DNA from: an uncultured Gemmatimonadales bacterium
GTDB taxonomy: Bacteria; Gemmatimonadota; Gemmatimonadetes; Gemmatimonadales; GWC2-71-9
Assembly (NCBI GenBank): GCA_963728915.1
Contig: CAVSLV010000001.1
Coordinates: forward strand, 1,600,001 to 1,664,000
DNA: 64,000 bases
Direction: 5' to 3'
Made by a program: the position numbers and the translations under genes
Shown here: piece by piece, positions 12,057 to 20,916 of the stretch
Layout of the letters: every line of letters begins with the position of its first letter
Numbering within the stretch: position 1 is the first letter of the stretch
Notes under the pieces: model-generated
What the model was told of the DNA's origin: nothing
The model's database searches: none
What the model saw: the letters and a program-made list of their open reading frames with translations, nothing else

Positions 12057-13235
12057 GTGACTCGTAGTCTCAAGACGCCTTCCGGCGCCGTCGTGAGCCG
12101 GCGAGGGGCCGAACGCTGGCAGCACGGGCATCCCTGGATCTTTGCGAGCGACGTGGCCGCGGGACCCGATGCGCCCGGGGTGATCCCGGTGCGTGATCAT
12201 CGCGGAAAATTCCTCGGTCAGGCCCTCTGGTCACCCCGGTCGGAGATCCGTCTCCGGCTGCTCGAGCGGCGCGAAGACCCGGTCGACGCCGACTGGTGGG
12301 AAGCCCGATTGCGGGAATCGCTCGCCCGACGGGAAGGAATCGAGGCGAGCGCCTATCGGGTGGTCCACGGAGAAGGGGATGGACTCCCCTCCCTCATCAT
12401 CGACCGATACGATCGCTGGGTGGTCGCCCAGCTCCTGTCCGCAGGTCTCGAGACCGTGCGGAACCAGGTCCTCGATGCCATCCGCCGGGTCCTTGCGCCC
12501 CGGGGGATTCTCTTCCGTCACGATGTGGCGGTGCGCCGCCACGAAGGCCTGCCGCTGAATGTGGAGCTGGTCGACGGAAACGTTCCCCAGGATATCGAAA
12601 TCGAGGAGCACGGCATTCGATCGTTCGCCGCACCCTGGACCGGGCAGAAAACCGGCGCGTTCCTCGACCAGCGAGTCAACCGGCGCAAGGCCGGCGAGCT
12701 CGCCGTGCCCGGCGGCCAGGCCCTGGACTGCTTTGCCTATCACGGATCCTTCGCGCTGCATCTCGCCCGCCGGAGCCGCCGGGTTCTGGCCCTCGACACC
12801 AGCGTCGAGGCGCTCCAGCGCGGAGCCCGGAACGCCGCCCTGAACGGCTTCGGCAACATCGAATGGGACGAGGGAGATGCCTTCGAGGTTTTGCGCGCGA
12901 TGGAGCGCGAGCGCCTCCGCTTCGACACGATCGTGCTGGATCCTCCGGCCTTCGCCAAGACCCGAAGCGCGATCCCGGGTGCCCTCCGCGGCTACAAGGA
13001 GATCAACCTCCGGGCCATGCGCCTCCTCAACCCGGGTGGCATCCTGGTGACGGCATCCTGTTCCTTTCACCTCGGTCGCTCGGAATTCCTCGAGGTCGTC
13101 GCCGCCGCCGCACGCGACAGCGGCCGCACTCTGACCCTCGTGGAACACCTGGGGGCCGGGCCCGATCATCCCGAAATCATCACGATCCCGGAGACCAGCT
13201 ATCTGAAAGGCGTAGCTCTGAGGTCTGAGGTGTGA
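12057..13235 (+). CDS. rlmI: PUA-domain class I SAM-dependent rRNA methyltransferase (RlmI-like)
   Basis: GHPWIF, EGDGLPSLIIDRY, GQKTGAFLDQR, IVLDPPAF, TASCS, PETSYLK. Confidence 0.88.
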   Translation: MTRSLKTPSGAVVSRRGAERWQHGHPWIFASDVAAGPDAPGVIPVRDHRGKFLGQALWSPRSEIRLRLLERREDPVDADWWEARLRESLARREGIEASAYRVVHGEGDGLPSLIIDRYDRWVVAQLLSAGLETVRNQVLDAIRRVLAPRGILFRHDVAVRRHEGLPLNVELVDGNVPQDIEIEEHGIRSFAAPWTGQKTGAFLDQRVNRRKAGELAVPGGQALDCFAYHGSFALHLARRSRRVLALDTSVEALQRGARNAALNGFGNIEWDEGDAFEVLRAMERERLRFDTIVLDPPAFAKTRSAIPGALRGYKEINLRAMRLLNPGGILVTASCSFHLGRSEFLEVVAAAARDSGRTLTLVEHLGAGPDHPEIITIPETSYLKGVALRSEV

Positions 13236-13283
13236 GGTCTGAGGTGCGACGGGTAAGGCCTCACACCTCACACCTCACAGCTA
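13213..13283. repeat. hairpin built from heptamer tandem repeats, overlapping the rlmI stop
   Basis: TAGCTCTGAGGTCTGAGGTGTGAGG ... CCTCACACCTCACACCTCACAGCTA: 25-bp arms with 2 mismatches; unit (C/G)TGAGGT. Confidence 0.8.
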
Positions 13284-13320
13284 TTTGAGTTTCCTTCCGT
13301 CTTCCTTACCTTGCAAGATC

Positions 13321-14199
13321 ATGCTCACCCAGGCCGACCTGGAGCATCGGACCGGGTCCAAACGGGCCCGGAAGGCCCGCCCGCTGCCCTCGATTCGCCA
13401 ACGATACCAGCAGTACCTCTCCCAACGCATCGAGGACTACAAGAACTCGCTCTCCCGTGAGCAGCTTCTGGGCCTCGGCAACGAGGCGATATCGGACCTT
13501 CAGAACGATCCCGAAGGGCAGTACTTCCTGACCGAAGTCCTCATGCAGGACACCGTCGACAAGATGATCCAGAAGCGCCTCGGTCTGCCGACCTTCGGAC
13601 GATGGCGGCAGAAGTTTGCCACGCTCCGTCAGGCCCAGCGGGAGCCCACCCACTGGGGACTCGAGCGCAAAACCGTGCTGGGCGTCGTGCTCGAGCGCCT
13701 CGAGGCCGGCGATCACGCGGTGGTGATCGGCGGGGGGGCGGAGGCGGCCGTCTTTCTTCTCGCCGCGCATGATGCCCGACTCACCTGCCTGTTCGAGGAC
13801 AATTCCACCTGCACCCGGATCGAGAACCGGATGGCCGCCGAATCGCTGACCGGAGACTTCGAGGCCTTCGTGGTCCAGCTCGGGGTGTGGTTTCCCACCA
13901 TCGCCCTGCCGGCGCACCTGGTGGTCATCGACGCCGGGACCCTTGCGGACCTTCCGGCCCCGAGGCGCCTCACCCTCATGGCCCGCCTCCAGGACTGGAC
14001 CATGCCGGGCGGGCTGCATGCCGTGGTGGGTCGGCCCGGATCGGTGGCCCCGGAAACGTGGCTTTCCCTCTATCCCGATTGGGAACGGCTCCCCCAGAAG
14101 GAAACCCGCGGACGTAACGCGAAGCGGGCCGCTTCACCGGGGATTCTCCTCGCGCGTCCACTCCCCACCACCGCTCCCGAGCAGGCCTCGACCGCCTGA
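13321..14199 (+). CDS. hypothetical protein (N-terminal helical region plus degenerate Rossmann/methyltransferase-like C-terminus)
   Basis: Long ORF with coding-like codon use between rlmI and fdhF; AVVIGGG and ARLQDWTMPGGLHAV resemble MTase-fold strands; ATG 13321 is the likely start. Confidence 0.65.
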   Translation: MLTQADLEHRTGSKRARKARPLPSIRQRYQQYLSQRIEDYKNSLSREQLLGLGNEAISDLQNDPEGQYFLTEVLMQDTVDKMIQKRLGLPTFGRWRQKFATLRQAQREPTHWGLERKTVLGVVLERLEAGDHAVVIGGGAEAAVFLLAAHDARLTCLFEDNSTCTRIENRMAAESLTGDFEAFVVQLGVWFPTIALPAHLVVIDAGTLADLPAPRRLTLMARLQDWTMPGGLHAVVGRPGSVAPETWLSLYPDWERLPQKETRGRNAKRAASPGILLARPLPTTAPEQASTA

Positions 14200-14240
14200 G
14201 CTTGCGCGCTTCCTCCCCCCGGTCGTAGACTCGGAAGGTC

Positions 14241-17186
14241 ATGTCATCCTTCACCTTGAACGGCACCCTGGTCTCCTTCGAGCCGGGAGCGACCATTCTC
14301 GACGCCGCTCGTGCCGCTGGGGTCGATATCCCGACACTCTGCTGGTACCCCAAGCTCCCCAACGTCGCCAATTGCCGCATCTGCCTGGTGTCGGTCGAAG
14401 GTCAACCGAAACTCATGCCGGCCTGCAATACCCCGGCGAACGAGGGGATGGTGGTCACCACCGAGTCCCCGGCCGGGGTGGAAAACCGGCGAAGCGTGCT
14501 GCGGTTTCTCCTCGAGCGGTATCCCGGCGAGCACCTGAACAACGGCGGCCGGGCTTCGCCCCGGAACGAGTTCGAGCGGTATGTCGCCCAGTACGATGTG
14601 CCGGCCGAGCACCGTTCGACCCTCCCGCTCCGGGGCGGCGACACCCGCCCCGGCGACGTGATGATCAGCCACGACATGTCGCTTTGCGTGTTATGTACGC
14701 GATGCGTCCGGGCCTGCGAGAGCATCCAGGAAGTCGGGGTGCTGGACGTCGCGGAACGGGGCTCCCACACCGAGATCATCGTGGGCGGGGATGGCGACCC
14801 CGACCACGCCGGCTGCACCTGGTGCGGTGAGTGCGTCCGGGTCTGCCCCACCGGGGCCATTTTTGAAGTGATGCCCCGCAAGCGGTTCGCCCCCGAGGAG
14901 ATCCGCGCCCCGGACAAGACGGTCCGTTCGGTCTGTCCTTACTGCGGCGTCGGTTGCCAGATCGACCTGCAGGTCCGGGACAATCAGATCCTGCGGGTCA
15001 CGTCGCCCTGGATCGAGGAGCGCACCCCGAACCAGGGTTCCACCTGCGTCAAGGGACGGTTCGGGTACGATTTCCCCCAGCATCGCGATCGCCTGACCCG
15101 CCCGCTCATCAGAAAGGGGTGGGAGCGACAGGGCGACCGCTGGGTCTGGACCGGCGAGACACCCCGCTACCGGGAAGGGCCCTGGCACACCGTCGCGGAA
15201 GAAGGCAAGCGCCGAAAGCCGAGGCCACCGGTACGCCAGGTCGGCAAGCCACCCCTTACCGGTCTCGCCCCCTCCGACGACGGCGATGTCCGGGATCGGG
15301 TCGCCACGCCGGCGGACTGGTACGACCAGTTCCGGGAAGCCACCTGGGAGGAGGCGATGAGCCTGACCGCCCAGGAGCTGCTCCGGATCCGCGACGGCGA
15401 GGGCCCGCAGGCGCTCGCCGCGTTCTCGTCGGCCAAGTGCAGCAATGAGGAGAATTACCTGCTGATGCGGATGGTGCGGGCCGGGTTCCGCACCAACAAC
15501 GTCGACCACTGCACCAGGCTCTGTCATTCGACCTCGGTGGCCGCGATGAACCGCGCCCTCGCCACCGCGGCGGCGTCCGGTTCGATGCGGGAAATCGAGG
15601 AAGCCTGCGATGTCATCTTCATCGCGGGGGCCAACACCACCGAGAGTCACCCGGTGTTCGGGGCCCTCATCAAACGGGCCCATGCCAAGGGCGCCAAGCT
15701 GATCGTCGCGGACGTCCGCCGCACCGAGCTGGCGGCGCTCGCCGACATCCACCTCCAGATGCTGCCGGGAACCGACGTCGCGCTCTACAGCGGGATGCTG
15801 GCGCACCTCATCGAGTCGGGCCTGGCCAACCAGCCGTTCATCGCCGAGCGGACCAGTGGGTTCAAGGAAGTTGCCTGCGCGGTCCTGCCCTACACCCTCG
15901 AGGTGGCGAGCAAGATCACCGGGATCCCCACCGACCTGATCCGCCGCGCCGCCGAGACCTATGCGCGCGGGCCCAACACCTCCACGTTATGGGCGATGGG
16001 ACTCACCCAGCACTCGACCGGCACCGACATCGTCGCGAGCCTCCTGAACCTCCTGCTCGCCTGCGGCATGATCGGGCGATGGGGCGCAGCGATGATCCCG
16101 ATCCGGGGCCAGAACAACGTCCAGGGTGCCAGCGACGTCGGCGCGATTCCCTTTGCGTACACCGACTACCGCACCGTGACCGATCCGGCCAACCGGGCCG
16201 AGTATGCGAAAGCCTGGCGAGTGCCCGAGGAGTCGCTCTCGCTCGAGAACGGACTCATGGTCACCGAGATCGTGAAGGAAGGCAGTCCGGTCCGGGGCAT
16301 GTATATCATGGGGGAAAATCCGGTCCTTTCCGACCCCAACGTGGCCAAAGCGGAAGAGTGGGTTCGAAAGCTCGAGTTCCTCGCGGTCCACGATCTCTTC
16401 CTCACCGAGACCGCACGCTGGGCCGATGTGGTACTCCCGGGCTCCTCGTTCGCCGAAAAGCAGGGAACCTTCGCGAACACCGATCGGCACATCCAGCTCG
16501 CCGATCCCGCGGTCCCGCTGCCCGGAGATGCCCGCCTCGATCTCGAGATCCTGATCGACCTCTCCAGGCGCCTGGGGCTCGAGGCGCCCTACCAGGGGCC
16601 GTCCGATGTCATGGAAGAGATCGCCCGGGTCACCCCAACCTGGCGGGCGGTCTCCTATCAGAAGCTGCGTCGCGACGGCGCGCTGCAGTACCCGGTTCTG
16701 ACCGAAGACTCCAAGGGCACGCCGTTCCTTTTCGCGGACCGGTTCCCCACCCCCGACGGCCGGGGCACCCTGGTGCCCGTCGAGTACCTGCCTCCGGCGG
16801 AGCTTCCCAGCGAGGAGTTCCCCTTCTTTCTCAACACCGGACGGCAGATGTACCACTGGCATACCGGCACCATGACCCGCCGCGCCGAGGGACTCGATTC
16901 CCGAGAGCCGGTGCCGGTGGTGGAGATCGCCCCGTCCGACGCCCTGGCCCTCGGCGTAGGCGAAGGCGACACCGTTCGCGTGACGTCCCGCCGGGGCAGC
17001 GTACTCATCGGCGTGCGGATTTCCGATCGACAGGCGCCGGGTCAGGTGTTCATCCCCATGCACTTCCGGGAAGCCGCGGCCAATCTGCTGACCAATCCTG
17101 CCCTCGATCCCTATGCCAAGATCGCGGAGTTCAAAGTGAGCGCGGTGCGGATCGAAGTGCACGACGCTTCGTTAGTTTCCGGCTGA
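14241..17186 (+). CDS. fdhF: formate dehydrogenase alpha subunit (Mo/W-bis-MGD, Cys-ligand type) with N-terminal Fe-S domains
   Basis: IPTLC..CRIC..C (2Fe-2S), CVLCTRCVRAC and CTWCGECVRVCP (2x4Fe-4S), CPYCGVGC, HCTRLCHSTS, RGQNNVQG, TGR..HWHTGTMTRR, KIAEFK. Confidence 0.93.
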   Translation: MSSFTLNGTLVSFEPGATILDAARAAGVDIPTLCWYPKLPNVANCRICLVSVEGQPKLMPACNTPANEGMVVTTESPAGVENRRSVLRFLLERYPGEHLNNGGRASPRNEFERYVAQYDVPAEHRSTLPLRGGDTRPGDVMISHDMSLCVLCTRCVRACESIQEVGVLDVAERGSHTEIIVGGDGDPDHAGCTWCGECVRVCPTGAIFEVMPRKRFAPEEIRAPDKTVRSVCPYCGVGCQIDLQVRDNQILRVTSPWIEERTPNQGSTCVKGRFGYDFPQHRDRLTRPLIRKGWERQGDRWVWTGETPRYREGPWHTVAEEGKRRKPRPPVRQVGKPPLTGLAPSDDGDVRDRVATPADWYDQFREATWEEAMSLTAQELLRIRDGEGPQALAAFSSAKCSNEENYLLMRMVRAGFRTNNVDHCTRLCHSTSVAAMNRALATAAASGSMREIEEACDVIFIAGANTTESHPVFGALIKRAHAKGAKLIVADVRRTELAALADIHLQMLPGTDVALYSGMLAHLIESGLANQPFIAERTSGFKEVACAVLPYTLEVASKITGIPTDLIRRAAETYARGPNTSTLWAMGLTQHSTGTDIVASLLNLLLACGMIGRWGAAMIPIRGQNNVQGASDVGAIPFAYTDYRTVTDPANRAEYAKAWRVPEESLSLENGLMVTEIVKEGSPVRGMYIMGENPVLSDPNVAKAEEWVRKLEFLAVHDLFLTETARWADVVLPGSSFAEKQGTFANTDRHIQLADPAVPLPGDARLDLEILIDLSRRLGLEAPYQGPSDVMEEIARVTPTWRAVSYQKLRRDGALQYPVLTEDSKGTPFLFADRFPTPDGRGTLVPVEYLPPAELPSEEFPFFLNTGRQMYHWHTGTMTRRAEGLDSREPVPVVEIAPSDALALGVGEGDTVRVTSRRGSVLIGVRISDRQAPGQVFIPMHFREAAANLLTNPALDPYAKIAEFKVSAVRIEVHDASLVSG

Positions 17187-17213
17187 CCAACACCCAGTCC
17201 CCAGCGAGGCATT

Positions 17214-18257
17214 CTGCGCGCACTGGTCAAGACCGGGGCCGGCCCCGGGATGGAGCTTCGCGAGGTTCCCAAGCCGTCCTGCGGCCCAACCGACGTGCTC
17301 ATCCGGGTCCATGCCGCCGGGGTCTGCGGCACCGACCTCCACATCTGGGAATGGGATGCCTGGGCCGCCGGCCGGCTTCGGCCGCCCCTGGTGATCGGTC
17401 ATGAATTTGCCGGTGAGATCGTGGCGCTCGGCGTCGAGGCGGCGGCCGAGGGGCTGCTGGCCACCGGAGACCCGGTCACCGCCGAAGGCCACATCGTGTG
17501 CGGGCATTGCCTCCAGTGCCGCACCGGACTGTCTCACCTCTGCACCCGGACCCGGATCATCGGGGTCGATCGGGACGGCGCCTTCGCCGATTTCATCGCG
17601 ATGCCCGCGTCGAACGTCATCAAGCTCGACGGGATCGCCACGGAGATCGGCGCCATCATGGATCCGGTCGGGAATGCGGTGCACACGGTGCTGGAGGGAA
17701 CCGACATCACCGGCGCCACGGTGTTCGTCCTGGGGTGCGGACCGATCGGCTGTTTTGCCTGCGGCGTCGCCCGGGCCGCGGGGGCCTCCCTGGTCATCGC
17801 CAGCGACTTCAACGACATGCGGCTCGACCTGGCCAGGCGCATGGGGGCGAACGTCACTCTCAATCCCAGCCGAGACGACGTGCTCGCCCGGATCGGCGAG
17901 CTGACCGGTGGAGAAGGCGTGGATCTGGTCTGTGAAATGAGCGGTCATCCGGCAGGACATGCCCAGGCCTTCGCCGCGGCACGATCCGGCGGACGGGTCA
18001 ACCTGCTCGGCACGCCCAGCAAACCGACCGAGGTGAACTTCGCCAGGGACGTGATCTTCAAGGGATTGACCCTCTACGGCGTCACCGGCCGCAAGATGTA
18101 CTCGACCTGGCACCAGATGGTCCGCCTGATCCGGAACGGCCAGCTCGATCCGCGCCCCGTCATTACCCACCGGTTTCCGCTCGAACAGATCGGCGAGGCC
18201 ATTGCCGTCATCAAGGACGGCAAAGCCGGCAAGGTCATTCTGGAGATCGCGTCGTGA
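17214..18257 (+). CDS. tdh: L-threonine 3-dehydrogenase
   Basis: CGTDLHI, GHEFAG, EGHIVCGHCLQC..C, GCGPIG, GVTGRKMYSTW; adjacent to kbl. The conserved N-terminus RALVK begins at CTG 17214, upstream of the ORF-track ATG at 17250. Confidence 0.93.
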   Translation: MRALVKTGAGPGMELREVPKPSCGPTDVLIRVHAAGVCGTDLHIWEWDAWAAGRLRPPLVIGHEFAGEIVALGVEAAAEGLLATGDPVTAEGHIVCGHCLQCRTGLSHLCTRTRIIGVDRDGAFADFIAMPASNVIKLDGIATEIGAIMDPVGNAVHTVLEGTDITGATVFVLGCGPIGCFACGVARAAGASLVIASDFNDMRLDLARRMGANVTLNPSRDDVLARIGELTGGEGVDLVCEMSGHPAGHAQAFAAARSGGRVNLLGTPSKPTEVNFARDVIFKGLTLYGVTGRKMYSTWHQMVRLIRNGQLDPRPVITHRFPLEQIGEAIAVIKDGKAGKVILEIAS

Positions 18258-19453
18258 CGTCTTCCCTCGAGACCAGAGTCCAAACCGGACTCGATCAGTT
18301 CCGCCGGGACCAGGTCTATAAGACCCTCAATTACCTCGACAGTCCTCAGGCTCCCAGGGTCCAGATGGAAGGAAGGGGCGAGGTCATCATCCTCTCCTCC
18401 AACAACTACCTCGGTCTGAGCACGGAGCCCAGCGTCATCCAGGCGGGACACGAGGCACTCGATCGCTTCGGCGCCGGAACGGCATCGGTTCGCTTCATCT
18501 GCGGGACCTTCACCATTCATCGCGAGCTGGAGCAGGCCCTCGCTGGGCTGGTGGGAACCGCCGCGTCCCTTTCCTTCGTGAGCTGCTGGAATGCCAATGA
18601 AGCCCTGCCCGCGACGGTACTCACCGAGCGCGATATCGTCCTGAGCGACCAGCTCAACCATGCCTCGATCATCGACGCCATCCGCCTCGCCAAGAACATC
18701 ACCAAATGCGCCACCGGCGTGTATGAGCACAAGAACCTTGCGGATCTGGATGCCAAGCTCAAGGCCGCGAAAGACCGCGAAGCGAAGATGGTGATCACCG
18801 ATGGGGTGTTCTCCATGGAGGGCGCCATCGCGGACCTGCCGGGTCTGCTCGAGGTGTGTCGCAAGCACGGGGCGGTGCTGGTGGTGGATGACAGTCACGC
18901 CACCGGCGTGCTCGGCAAGACCGGCCGGGGGACCGCGGAACATCACGGGGTGCTCGGGCAGATCGACGTCATTACCAGTACGCTGGGGAAGGCGCTGGGG
19001 GGCGCCGCCGGTGGATTCGTGGCGGGATCGGAGGCGATATGCGACTATCTCACCCAACGCTCCCGTCCGCAGCTCTTCAGCAACGCGCTGCCCTGCACCG
19101 TGGCGGGGAGCGCCCTCGCCGCGGTGCGCTACCTGGAAGCCCATCCCGAACGGGTGGAGCGGCTTCGGGAGAACACAGCCTATTTCCGGGGTCAGCTGAA
19201 TGAGCTGGGATTTAAACCGATCCCGGGAGAAACCCCGATCGTCCCGGTCATCATCGGCGAGACGGCCAATGCGATCCGGATGAGCCAGCTGCTGCTGGGG
19301 GAAGGCGTCTTCGTCACCGGCTTCGGTTATCCGGTGGTCCCACAGGGAACTGCCCGGGTCCGCTGTCAAATCTCCGCGGGGCACACCCGTGAAGACCTGG
19401 ACCAGGCGCTACGGGCCTTCGAGAAGGTCGGCAAGCAGCTCAAGCTGATCTAG
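18254..19453 (+). CDS. kbl: glycine C-acetyltransferase (2-amino-3-ketobutyrate CoA ligase)
   Basis: SNNYLGL, ASVRFICGT, LNHASIIDA, TDGVFSMEG, DDSHATG, TLGKALGGA, QRSRPQLFSN. Confidence 0.95.
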   Translation: MTSSLETRVQTGLDQFRRDQVYKTLNYLDSPQAPRVQMEGRGEVIILSSNNYLGLSTEPSVIQAGHEALDRFGAGTASVRFICGTFTIHRELEQALAGLVGTAASLSFVSCWNANEALPATVLTERDIVLSDQLNHASIIDAIRLAKNITKCATGVYEHKNLADLDAKLKAAKDREAKMVITDGVFSMEGAIADLPGLLEVCRKHGAVLVVDDSHATGVLGKTGRGTAEHHGVLGQIDVITSTLGKALGGAAGGFVAGSEAICDYLTQRSRPQLFSNALPCTVAGSALAAVRYLEAHPERVERLRENTAYFRGQLNELGFKPIPGETPIVPVIIGETANAIRMSQLLLGEGVFVTGFGYPVVPQGTARVRCQISAGHTREDLDQALRAFEKVGKQLKLI

Positions 19454-19673
19454 CGTAATGAGCGACCTGTGGCGGGTTCAGCCTGCCTCCCCGCCCAGGA
19501 CCGACAAACTTTGCAGGGTGGCCACCAACCGGCTGACAGCTTGATAAGCTGTTGCCGTATGTATACTTGCACAATCTGGCCACTCTGGCCATCCGGCCAC
19601 TCTGGCCCCCTGACGTGCAAGCACGGGCTTTGCCGTCTCGTGCTTCTCTGACTCACGGTTCGGAGGCTGGCTC

Positions 19674-20372
19674 ATGAGATTCATCCCCCGGTTCCTTCCC
19701 GGGCTTCTGGTCGTGCTCGGCGCCGGTTCCCTGTCCGCTCAATCGGCGCGGCTCGACAACAGCGAAGCACCCAAGGTTCGTGACGACCGGTTCAAGTGGG
19801 CGGTCGGCGCGGAAGGTGGGGTGCTCTTCTTCAGTACCCAGCGCCAGACGATGAGCGGCATTCCCGCGGCGGGCGCTCATTTCTCCGTTGTGTCCCGGCG
19901 TGGCGGCGTTCAGCTCGGGGTGGACGAAGCCTTCGGGAGCGACGAGCCGACCGCATTTGTCGATCCCAACAGCGGCAACGTGACCCGGGAAATGCAGTTC
20001 GACCGGATCCGCCGATACGGGGTGACCTTGACCGGGTATCCGGTGCGCGGGATGGTCGAGCCCTATTTCGGCGTCGGCTTCGGAATGCTCCAGGTGATCG
20101 ACCCCCGCTTCGATCCCAACACCGTTTTCACCTCGAACGATCAGGCCGGCCTTTCCCAGGCCACCGCGAAAGACCTGTCCGCTTCCGGTTTTCTATCGTT
20201 CCTCGCCGGCTTTCAGTTCCGGATTTCCGGCGTCGCCGCGTTCGCCCAGTACCAGGTGAACACCGCGCCCCGCCAGGGCGACCTGCTTCGAGGAACCGGT
20301 CAGTCGATCATGGGTGGGCTCAGGATTTCCCTCGGCTCCGCCCGTGAGGACATCAAGGGGGGCGGATACTGA
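19674..20372 (+). CDS. secreted hypothetical protein, outer-membrane beta-barrel-like
   Basis: Signal peptide (MRFIPRFLPGLLVVLGAGSLSA), amphipathic beta-strands (WAVGAEGG, EPYFGVGFG, GFQFRI, AFAQYQ, GGLRISLG). Confidence 0.6.
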   Translation: MRFIPRFLPGLLVVLGAGSLSAQSARLDNSEAPKVRDDRFKWAVGAEGGVLFFSTQRQTMSGIPAAGAHFSVVSRRGGVQLGVDEAFGSDEPTAFVDPNSGNVTREMQFDRIRRYGVTLTGYPVRGMVEPYFGVGFGMLQVIDPRFDPNTVFTSNDQAGLSQATAKDLSASGFLSFLAGFQFRISGVAAFAQYQVNTAPRQGDLLRGTGQSIMGGLRISLGSAREDIKGGGY

Positions 20373-20916
20373 AGCGCAGGGGCCAATCCACTGCTTTCGT
20401 GATCCCGATTCTTGGCGTGACTTCCACAGGAATCGGGATCTTGTTTTTGGGGGCGTAGACCCGCACCGTCGATCGAACCATCAGGACGCCATCCAGCTCT
20501 CGGGTGATCCCCAGCGCCTGAGTCAGCTTCCCCGGCCCGTTGGCCAGGAGGGGATCGCCGACTCGCCCCCGTCGCTTCCGCATGACATCGATTCCCCGCA
20601 GCGGGGCAATCGCGCGGAGTAACACCGCCGAGCCCGCTTCGGGGCCCCGGCACACCAGGTTGGCGCACCAGTGAATACCATAAGACCGGTAGACATACCA
20701 GGTTCCCGGTGGTCCGTAGAGATTCTGATTGCCGGTGTGGAGTCTTCCGAGATATCCGTGAGAGGCGGGGTCCTCGTAGCCGAGATATGCCTCGGTTTCG
20801 ACGATCATCCCGTCGACCAGCCGTCCTCCGATCCTGGAGCGGATCCGCATGCCGAGCAGGTCTCGCGCGACCTGCTCGGCACTCCTGGTGAAGAACCGGG
20901 TTGGGAGGGCGGTCAC
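20353..20916 (-). CDS. mpg: DNA-3-methyladenine glycosylase (MPG/AAG family)
   Basis: VARDLLG, IVETEAY, DPASH, YVYRSYGIHWCAN, AVLLRA, GPGKLTQALGI, TPRIGI. Confidence 0.94.
   Translation of the reverse strand: MTALPTRFFTRSAEQVARDLLGMRIRSRIGGRLVDGMIVETEAYLGYEDPASHGYLGRLHTGNQNLYGPPGTWYVYRSYGIHWCANLVCRGPEAGSAVLLRAIAPLRGIDVMRKRRGRVGDPLLANGPGKLTQALGITRELDGVLMVRSTVRVYAPKNKIPIPVEVTPRIGITKAVDWPLRFSIRPP

Noticed and set aside
15500..15540. Possible selenocysteine in FdhF
   Set aside because: The active-site codon is TGT (HCTRLCHS) and there is no in-frame TGA
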